64,000 bases of DNA, taken from Candidatus Sumerlaeia bacterium (GTDB lineage Bacteria; Sumerlaeota; Sumerlaeia; MVZB01). Shown one piece after another: positions 56,801 to 64,000 of this stretch. The stretch covers positions 6,424 to 70,423 of the forward strand of contig JBDKRG010000038.1 in assembly GCA_039683515.1 (NCBI GenBank), in the 5' to 3' direction. A model generated the notes under the pieces. The model had not been told where the DNA came from. It saw only the letters and a program-made list of their open reading frames with translations, and searched no databases. The translations under genes were made by a program, and so were the position numbers. Numbering within the stretch: the stretch's first letter is position 1; every line of letters starts with the position of its first letter.

Positions 56801-58063
56801 ATGCAGACGTATCCCTCCATGCCTTCCGTGATCCCGGCCTCGTGCCCCGAACGGCTTCACCTGACCCTGGAAGGACTCCTCGAGATCAGCAATCTCGTCG
56901 GTTCGGTGATGCTCCTCGACGACATCCTCGACCGCATCGTCCAGATCACCGCCGGCCTCGTCGGCGTCCCGGTCTGCTCCATTTACCTCCTCGACGAGCA
57001 GGAGAAGCTCGTCCTGCGCAGCACATGGGGCCTTGAAACGGACCTCAAGGGCAAGGTCGTGTTCGAGCCGGGCCAGGGGGTCGTCGGGACCGTCGCGCAG
57101 ACCCGCCAGACGCTCGCCCTGGAGGACAGCACCGTCGACCCGCGCTACCGGCCGCTCCCCTCGAGCCTCTCCCACGGCTACCGCGCCTACATCTGCTCGC
57201 CGATGCTGATCCGCGACGAGCTCGTCGGCGTCATGACGGCGCGCAAGACCGACGTCTATCACTTCACGAGCGACGAGATCCTGTTCTTCGAGACGATCTG
57301 CAAGCAGGTCGCGATCCTGATCGAGAAGGCGCGCATTTACGAGGAGAAGATCCAGGCCGAGCGCCTCGCCGCCGTCGCCGTCTCGCTGTCGGGCGTCGCC
57401 CACTACATCAAGAACGTGCTGCTGACGATGCAGGGCGGCGAGTACCTCGTCGAGCGCGGCATCGAACAGGGCGCCCTCGACCGCGTCAAGGACGGCTGGA
57501 GCGTCCTCAAGCGCGCCAACCGCAAGATCCGCGGCCTGGTCGAGAACATCCTCAACTACTGCCGCCAGAACGAGCCCAATTTCCGCCGCGTGAACCTCAA
57601 CGCCATGATCACGGACATGGTCCAGACCGTCGGCGACTCGGCGCGCGAGCACGGCGTCGAGCTCGCCACCAGCCTCGACCCGCAGGTCGGCGAGGTCTGG
57701 ATCGACTCCGAGCAGATCTACGACGGCCTGCTGAACCTCGTCACCAACGCCGTCGACGCGATCCCCGAGGGCCGCGGCGGCCGCGTGCGCATCCTCACCG
57801 AGCTCCTCGACGGCCGCCACCAGGTCCTGATCGACGTCAGCGACGACGGCGTGGGCATCGCCGACGACGTCAAGGACAAGATTTTCAATTTGTTCTTCTC
57901 GACCAAGGGGCGCAAGGGGACGGGCATCGGCCTGGCCGCCACGCGCAAGATCATCGAGGATCACGGCGGCACGATCGAGCTGACGACCGTGGTGGGCGAG
58001 GGGACGACGTTCTCGATCTACCTGCCGACCAACGCCCCCGAAATGACCCACCCCCCCGAATAA
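56801..58063 (+). CDS. GAF-domain sensor histidine kinase
   Basis: GAF (CSIYLLD...GQGVVGTV...DPRY), AHYIKN H-box, NLVTNAVDA, DDGVG, FFSTKG..GTGIGL. Confidence 0.94.
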   Translation: MQTYPSMPSVIPASCPERLHLTLEGLLEISNLVGSVMLLDDILDRIVQITAGLVGVPVCSIYLLDEQEKLVLRSTWGLETDLKGKVVFEPGQGVVGTVAQTRQTLALEDSTVDPRYRPLPSSLSHGYRAYICSPMLIRDELVGVMTARKTDVYHFTSDEILFFETICKQVAILIEKARIYEEKIQAERLAAVAVSLSGVAHYIKNVLLTMQGGEYLVERGIEQGALDRVKDGWSVLKRANRKIRGLVENILNYCRQNEPNFRRVNLNAMITDMVQTVGDSAREHGVELATSLDPQVGEVWIDSEQIYDGLLNLVTNAVDAIPEGRGGRVRILTELLDGRHQVLIDVSDDGVGIADDVKDKIFNLFFSTKGRKGTGIGLAATRKIIEDHGGTIELTTVVGEGTTFSIYLPTNAPEMTHPPE

Positions 58064-58089
58064 CCCTCGCGAGATTCACCCCCACGCAT

Positions 58090-58370
58090 CTCGTGCGTCG
58101 TAATCGTAATCGTCTCGCCAGCCGAAGCCTCGGCGCAGGCTCGTGCGTCGTGCGTCGTGCTCGTGCTCGTAATCGTAATCGTCTTGCCAGCCGAAGCCTC
58201 GGCGAAGGCTGGTGCGTCGTGCTCGTGCTCGTAATCGTAATCGTAATCGAACGATTTCGAGCGCGGCCCTGTCTGATCGACCGCGCCATGCGCGAGCGAT
58301 GTTGGCTCGTGCGAAATACCTATCGGGCCAATCGCACCCATGGGACGCATCCGCCCCATGGGACCCATTC
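58090..58370. repeat. Composite repeat: hexamer arrays interleaved with two GCCAGCCGAAGCCTCGGCG(A/C)AGGCT palindromes, then CCCATGGGA nonamers
   Basis: Direct repeat units of about 68 bp between two convergent genes. Confidence 0.85.
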
Positions 58371-58387
58371 TTTTTTCGGCAAGCCGA

Positions 58388-59983
58388 TCAGGCTTTCCCG
58401 ACCGGCACGCGCTCCGGTTCCGGTTCGGCCATGACGCTGTTTTTCTTCCGCAGAACGCTGTGCCGCATCCCGTAACCGAAGTAAACCAGCAACCCCACCG
58501 CCTGCCACACCAGTAGCCGGAGCCAGTTGGCGGGCTGAAGCGACAGCATCAACATCAGGCTGAGGGCCATGCCAAAGATGGGGATCGCAAGCCCGCCCGG
58601 GCATTTGAACGGCCGCCGGGCGTCGGGGTTGATCCGGCGCATGACCAGCACCGCCGTGCACACGATGAAGAACGCCATCAGCGTTCCGATGTTGACCAGC
58701 TCCAGCAACACGCCCAGCGGGAAAAACCCGCCGAGCAGGGCCACGGTGATGCCGGTCAGGATCGTGGCTTTCCACGGCGTCCGGAACTTCGGGTGCACGT
58801 CGGCGAAGAAGCCCTTGGGCAGCAGCCCGTCGCGGGCGATCGCCATCAGGATGCGCGGCTGGCTCTGCATCATGACGAGGATGACCGACGTGAGGCCCGC
58901 GATGGCGCCGACGCTGATGATGAAGTGCGCCCAGTTCTGGCCGTACTTGGCGAACGCGTCGGCGATCGGGGCGTCCTTATCGAGCTGGTTATACGGGATC
59001 ATGCCGGTCAGCACCGCCGTCACGGCGATGTAGAGCGCGGTGCAGATCAGCAGCGAGGCGATGATGCCGATCGGCAGGTCGCGCTGCGGGTTTTTGGCCT
59101 CCTCGGCGTGTGTGGATATTGCATCAAACCCGATGTAGGCGAAGAAGATCGAGCCGGCTCCCGCCAGCATGCCGATCGGATTGCCTCCCGCATCGGTCTG
59201 TCCCCACACGAATTCTTTTCCAAAGAAGCTCAGTCCCATCCAGCCCTTGGGCGCAAACGGCGTCCAATGCGTCGTCCCGGCCTTGATCAGCAGGTACGTG
59301 CCGACCGCGATCACCATCAGCACGACCGAGACCTTCGTCACAACCATGATGTTGTTGAACACGGTCCCTTCCTTGACGCCCCGCACGATGATGATCGTCA
59401 GGATGACCGCGATCGCAAACGCCGGAAAATTCAGGATGGGGTGGATGATCGACCCGTCCGCCAATTTGATTTGCGTCAGCATCCAGTGGCCGTCGACAAA
59501 ATCGAACGGAGCCTTTTGCAGGTAGGGCGATAGGTGAATATTTTGTAAAAATCCGCCTGTATATGGACTCATATGCCCGAGGAACGCCTGGAAGTAACCC
59601 GACCACCCGACAGTCACCGTGGCCGCCGTGAACGTGTACTCGATGATCATGTCCCAGCCGATGAACCACGCCAGCAGTTCGCCCAGCGTCGTATACGCAT
59701 ACGTGTATGAGGAACCGGCCACCGGGGTCATTGCCGCGAATTCGGCGTAGCACAGCGCGGCGAAGACGCAGGCGATGCCCGCCACGATAAACGAAACGAT
59801 CAGCGCCGGACCGGCCTTGTCATGGGCGGCCGCCCCGACGATGACGAAGATCCCCGCGCCGATGATCGCGCCGATGGACAGGCTCGTCAGCCCGACCGGC
59901 CCCAGCACCCGCCGCAGCCGATGCTCGCCATCCATCTCGGCGCTAATCTGCCCGAGACTTTTCCGTGCAAACAATTGGTTCAC
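58388..59983 (-). CDS. Amino acid permease (APC/CAT family)
   Basis: GTG start after GGAGGA; IGAIIGAGIF, CYAEFA...PVAGSSY, FFAYIGFD..ST.AEE, ARDGLLP. Confidence 0.95.
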   Translation of the reverse strand: MNQLFARKSLGQISAEMDGEHRLRRVLGPVGLTSLSIGAIIGAGIFVIVGAAAHDKAGPALIVSFIVAGIACVFAALCYAEFAAMTPVAGSSYTYAYTTLGELLAWFIGWDMIIEYTFTAATVTVGWSGYFQAFLGHMSPYTGGFLQNIHLSPYLQKAPFDFVDGHWMLTQIKLADGSIIHPILNFPAFAIAVILTIIIVRGVKEGTVFNNIMVVTKVSVVLMVIAVGTYLLIKAGTTHWTPFAPKGWMGLSFFGKEFVWGQTDAGGNPIGMLAGAGSIFFAYIGFDAISTHAEEAKNPQRDLPIGIIASLLICTALYIAVTAVLTGMIPYNQLDKDAPIADAFAKYGQNWAHFIISVGAIAGLTSVILVMMQSQPRILMAIARDGLLPKGFFADVHPKFRTPWKATILTGITVALLGGFFPLGVLLELVNIGTLMAFFIVCTAVLVMRRINPDARRPFKCPGGLAIPIFGMALSLMLMLSLQPANWLRLLVWQAVGLLVYFGYGMRHSVLRKKNSVMAEPEPERVPVGKA

Positions 59984-60178
59984 GATGTGAAATCCTCCGG
60001 TGGCGTTTGTGTGAAAGACTCGTGGAACTGAACATAAACCCATTGTCAGCCCCATTGCAACCCCAATGAGAACGCGCCGCACTATAAATTTCGAGCCCGT
60101 GAAATAATGAACGCCAAACGCCCGCGCGAGGTCTTTTTCGGCCCGGTTTTGGTCGCGTCCGCCGGCCTGGGAACCCGT

Positions 60179-62662
60179 TTACTCGGCGAGCAGCCATTGG
60201 CGCGCGGCGGCGCCTTGCACGAAATCGTAATACCTCGCCGTCGAGCGCTGGAGCCACGTGCTTCCGTTGTTGCGTCCGCCGGCGAAATAACCGGTCGCGC
60301 GAACGTAGTGATTCTGGTTCGTCGGCAGCTTGAGGCCGCCCAGCCGGTAACCCACCCCGGCCACGGCCCCTCCCCAGCCGAGCGGCGTCCAGTGTTCCCC
60401 GTCGCTCGACGCCTCGAACTGGACCTGGTACGGCCACGGATGGCCTCCCCCCAGCGTCCACGTCACGGTCCCCGACCCGACCGTGAGCTTCTGCGTCGCC
60501 GCATCCGGGTTGGTGTAGCGGACGAGATTTGACCGCACGCCGCAGTTGGCCAGGATTTTGCCGTCCGGTTGCAGCGCCAACCCATACCCCATCCGGTCGC
60601 CGTTGTTTTCGTGGATGTAGCCGAAATTCGGATCGATCGTGCCGTCCGGGTTCAGCCGCTCGGTATAGAAATTCCACTTGAAAACCCCATCGGTGATCTG
60701 GTGCATGCCGTGAATGATGATTTGTCCGTTGGCTTGCACGATGATCGAGCCGATCTCGTTGAAACCGGTCAGGTTTGTCTGGACCAGGCCGAACGCCGGG
60801 TCGCGCTTGCCGTTCTCGTGCAGCCGCATGATTCCGTAGCACGCGACGCTGCGCAGCTCGATGAAACTGCCGCCGACGATGATCTTCCCGTTCGGCTGCA
60901 CCGCGAAGCACATGGCTTCTCCGCTGACCCCGACGCTCCGGCTGAATCCCGTGTCGGCCGACCCGTCCGCATTGAGCCGCAAGATCTCGCCCCCCTCCCG
61001 GCCCACCACGATTTTCCCGTCCAGCTGCAATGCGAGCGCCCGGCAGGTAAAAGAGCTCGATCCGGTATTGAAACTGGTGTCGACCGTTCCGTCCGGCTGA
61101 AGCCGGACCAGCCCCCCGCGAGCCACGCCATTGACGTTCCTCATCCGGCCCCCGGCAAGGATTTTGCCGTCCGGCTGGAGCGCGAACACATCGATGCCGT
61201 AACGGTCGACCGTGACCGGCTGGAAAGTCGTGTCGGTGGTGCCATCGGCGTTCAGGCGCCGGATGGTTGAGCGGTAGCCGCGCATGTAGCTCCCGCACAC
61301 GACCATCTTGCCGTCGGGCTGGACGAGGATTGCAAACGCATCCGCATTGTAACCGGTTTGGCCGTTGAACGCGGTGTCCGCCGTGCCGTCGGGGTATTCC
61401 CGGATCAGTTTTCCGGGATAATCGTACGGACTGCCCCCGGTCAGGCCGCCGCCCACGATTTTGCCGTCCAGCTGCAGCGCCATCGCATAGATCCCATAGG
61501 TGGGGGTTGTGATGTTGAAGGTGACCTCCAGCCCGCCGTCCGGGTTCAGCCGCGCGAGCCGGTTGCGCGCGGTTCCGCCGACGCTCGTGAAGTCGCCGCC
61601 CAAAAGCGCCTTGCCGTCGGGTTGCACCGTGACCGCATAAACGCGGCTTCCCTCATCCACGTTCGGCGCAAACCCCGGGTCGACCGAGCCGTCGACGTTG
61701 AGCCGTGCGATCCCGCGGTGGGTTTGCCCGCCCATTTTCGAGAATTCTCCGCCGACAATGATCTTGCCGTCCGCCTGCAGCGCCAGCGCGTCGACGAAAT
61801 CATCGGCCGCCTCGCCCGGGTCAAACGTCTTGTCCAGCGAACCGTTCTCGTTGATCCGCGCCACGCAACGCCTGTGCCAGCCGTTGATCGCCATGAACGT
61901 CCCGCCCAGGACCATCTTGCCGTCGGGCTGGATGACGAGGGCGTTCACGTAGCTGTTGGCGTCCGTGCCGGGATTGAAGTTCTCGTCCACCTTGCCGTCG
62001 GCGTTCAGGCGCACGATCCGGTTGTGAATCACCCCCCCGACCCGTTCGAAATACCCGCCCAGCACAATCTTCCCATTGCGCTGCACCGCGACGGCGTGGA
62101 TCGAGCTGTTGGACCCGGTGTTGGCCGGCACGAACGACGTGTCCAGCGAACCGTTGGCGTTGAGCCGCGCGACCGCGACCCGCGCAACGCCGTTGACTTG
62201 CGTGAAGTCGCCGCCAATGAGCGCCTTGCCGTCGGCCTGGATCGCCACGGCGTTCACCGTGCCGTTGGCCCCCGCCCCGGGGTTGAACGACGCGTCCAGC
62301 GACCCGTCCGCGTTGATCCGGGCGATGCGGCTGCGCGCCTGCCCGTCGATCGCGGTGAATTCACCCGCCACCAGGATTTTGCCGTCGGCCTGCGGCGCGA
62401 TCGCGAGGACCGCCCCGTCCGCGTCGGCCAGAAACGTGCTGTCGCTCGTGCCGTCGTTCAAGAGGCGCGTCATGTGGCGTCGGGCCCCTTCGCCCGTGCT
62501 GAAATCGCCGCCGAGGAGAATCCTGCCGTCGCCCTGCACGGCCAGCGCGCGCACCGTCCCGTTGACGTCCGGATCGAACCCGTCGATCACCGAGGGCACA
62601 GCCCCAACCACCGGCTGGGCAAGCACAGCAACGAGCGCCAGCGCCACAAACACCTGTTTCAT
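60179..62662 (-). CDS. Secreted delta-60 repeat (beta-propeller-like) protein
   Basis: Signal peptide; about 13 repeats of A.Q(P/A)DGK..vGG.F...RLN.DG..D..F. Confidence 0.92.
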   Translation of the reverse strand: MKQVFVALALVAVLAQPVVGAVPSVIDGFDPDVNGTVRALAVQGDGRILLGGDFSTGEGARRHMTRLLNDGTSDSTFLADADGAVLAIAPQADGKILVAGEFTAIDGQARSRIARINADGSLDASFNPGAGANGTVNAVAIQADGKALIGGDFTQVNGVARVAVARLNANGSLDTSFVPANTGSNSSIHAVAVQRNGKIVLGGYFERVGGVIHNRIVRLNADGKVDENFNPGTDANSYVNALVIQPDGKMVLGGTFMAINGWHRRCVARINENGSLDKTFDPGEAADDFVDALALQADGKIIVGGEFSKMGGQTHRGIARLNVDGSVDPGFAPNVDEGSRVYAVTVQPDGKALLGGDFTSVGGTARNRLARLNPDGGLEVTFNITTPTYGIYAMALQLDGKIVGGGLTGGSPYDYPGKLIREYPDGTADTAFNGQTGYNADAFAILVQPDGKMVVCGSYMRGYRSTIRRLNADGTTDTTFQPVTVDRYGIDVFALQPDGKILAGGRMRNVNGVARGGLVRLQPDGTVDTSFNTGSSSFTCRALALQLDGKIVVGREGGEILRLNADGSADTGFSRSVGVSGEAMCFAVQPNGKIIVGGSFIELRSVACYGIMRLHENGKRDPAFGLVQTNLTGFNEIGSIIVQANGQIIIHGMHQITDGVFKWNFYTERLNPDGTIDPNFGYIHENNGDRMGYGLALQPDGKILANCGVRSNLVRYTNPDAATQKLTVGSGTVTWTLGGGHPWPYQVQFEASSDGEHWTPLGWGGAVAGVGYRLGGLKLPTNQNHYVRATGYFAGGRNNGSTWLQRSTARYYDFVQGAAARQWLLAE

Positions 62663-62740
62663 TACGACCAGGCTCCGCGATCAAAATGTTTCCCACCTGC
62701 CGGGAGTTTAGAACATCACGACGCACCCATCAACCAGATT

Positions 62741-62780
62741 AAAAACGTCCCCGGGCCCTTGCGGAGCCGGGGACGTTTTT
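62741..62780. terminator. Intrinsic terminator after ilvC (symmetric, could act on both strands)
   Basis: AAAAACGTCCCCGG...CCGGGGACGTTTTT. Confidence 0.85.
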
Positions 62781-62798
62781 GAGCTTTGACGGGCCGAT

Positions 62799-63797
62799 TT
62801 ACTTGTTCTTCTTGAGCCACGCCATCTTGGAGCGGATGCCGGCGCCGACCTCTTCGATCTGGTGCTTGGCGCCCTCGGCGCGCATCTGCTTGAAGTTCGG
62901 CATGCCCGAGTTGGCCTCGGCCAGCCATTCCTTGGCGAACGAGCCGCTCTGGATCTCGCCCAGGATCTTCTTCATCTCGGCGCGGGTGGCGTCGGTGACG
63001 ATCCGCGGGCCGCGCGTGAAGTCGCCGTATTCGGCCGTGTTGCTGATCGAGTCGCGCATGCGGGCGATGCCGCCTTCGTAGATCAGGTCGACGATGAGCT
63101 TGACCTCGTGGCAGCACTCGAAGTACGCCATCTCGGGGCTGTAGCCGGCGCCGACGAGCGTCTCGAAGCCCGACATGATCAGGTGCGACAGGCCGCCGCA
63201 CAGCACGACCTGCTCGCCGAACAGGTCGGTCTCGGTCTCTTCGCGGAACGTCGTCTCGTAGACGCCCGAGCGGGTGCCGCCGACGCCCTTGGCCTGCGCC
63301 AGGCCGTACTGCATGGCCTTGCCGGTGGCGTCCTGGGCGACCGCGACGAGGCACGGCACGCCGCCGCCCTCGACGAACGTGCGGCGGACGAGGTGGCCGG
63401 GGCCCTTGGGCGCGACCATCCAGACGTCGACGTCGGGCGGCGGGACGATGGCCTTGAAGTGGATGTTGAAACCGTGGCTGAAGACGAGGGCCTTGCCGGG
63501 CTTGAGGTTCGGCTTGATGTCGTTCTCGTAGAGCTTGGCCTGGACCTCGTCCGGGACGAGGATCTGGATGATGTCGGCCTTGGCGGCCGCTTCGGCGGCG
63601 TCGACCGGCTTGAAGCCGTGTTCGACGGCGAGGTCGTAATTCTTGGAGCCCTTGCGCTGGCCGATGATCACATTGAGGCCGCTGTCGCGCATGTTCTGGG
63701 CCTGGGCATGGCCCTGGCTGCCGTAGCCGATGACGGCAATGGTCTTGTCCTTGAGCAGCGACAGGTCCGCATCTTCATCGTAGTATAACTTGGCCAT
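62799..63797 (-). CDS. ilvC: Ketol-acid reductoisomerase
   Basis: [42 protein letters not shown]; GAAGGAG RBS. Confidence 0.99.
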   Translation of the reverse strand: MAKLYYDEDADLSLLKDKTIAVIGYGSQGHAQAQNMRDSGLNVIIGQRKGSKNYDLAVEHGFKPVDAAEAAAKADIIQILVPDEVQAKLYENDIKPNLKPGKALVFSHGFNIHFKAIVPPPDVDVWMVAPKGPGHLVRRTFVEGGGVPCLVAVAQDATGKAMQYGLAQAKGVGGTRSGVYETTFREETETDLFGEQVVLCGGLSHLIMSGFETLVGAGYSPEMAYFECCHEVKLIVDLIYEGGIARMRDSISNTAEYGDFTRGPRIVTDATRAEMKKILGEIQSGSFAKEWLAEANSGMPNFKQMRAEGAKHQIEEVGAGIRSKMAWLKKNK

Positions 63798-63876
63798 CTG
63801 ACGATCTCCTTCAGGATATGAGCTTGCGCCGCCGAGGGTGTCATGCCGCTCGCATAGGCGACTCCGAAACCCAACC

Positions 63877-63905
63877 AAGGTAGTCTTTGGCGCGGTGAAG
63901 ATCAA
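63877..63905 (-). promoter_or_regulatory. Probable ilvC promoter
   Basis: TTGATC-N17-TACCTT. Confidence 0.45.
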
Positions 63906-64000
63906 GATTTATTGCCCCCGGCTCGTGCTCGTAACCGTAACCAGGCATAGCCAGAACCAATTCGGCTGACCAACAAAAAGCGCCTTTGGCGCTCAGCGAG

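Noticed and set aside
58090-58255. Possible CRISPR array
   Set aside because: Only two palindromic units, the intervening sequences are micro-repeats rather than unique spacers, and there are no cas genes.

Overview
GC-rich bacterial chromosome segment; the gene content and repeat style suggest a PVC-like or Sumerlaeota-like organism (inference only). Core genes: ffh-ylxM, an ECF sigma/anti-sigma pair, rsmA, a JAB-DinG helicase, a vapBC module, a complete 14-subunit nuo operon in the unusual order A-B-C-D-E-F-[insert]-G-H-I-J-K-N-L-M, nitroreductase, AEC transporter, GNAT, metX, glycosyltransferases, pilT, an ArfB-like factor, hsp20-lon, a KilA-N/NucS-like islet, comF, two sensor kinases, csp, gap, tpiA, an amino-acid permease, a delta-60 repeat protein and ilvC. 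I found no rRNA, tRNA or CRISPR array. Intergenic DNA is crowded with miniature elements: GTAG/GTGG REP-like hairpins, tripartite-palindrome elements resembling the ends of a Y1 transposase element, and 6/7/9-bp periodic repeats. Most notable: (1) a KilA-N gene with a perfect 26-bp palindrome in its coding sequence, preceded by two variant copies of the same 60-bp segment, one with compensatory changes; (2) a Y1 transposase with ~87-bp tripartite inverted ends, plus gene-less elements of the same architecture; (3) a triplicated promoter/leader that punctuates a cassette-like region; (4) a shared C-terminal A-x-R-x-W-x-L-x-E motif on two unrelated secreted proteins; (5) a REP inserted in frame into dinG; (6) two apparent pseudoenzymes. 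All alignments and counts were made by eye.
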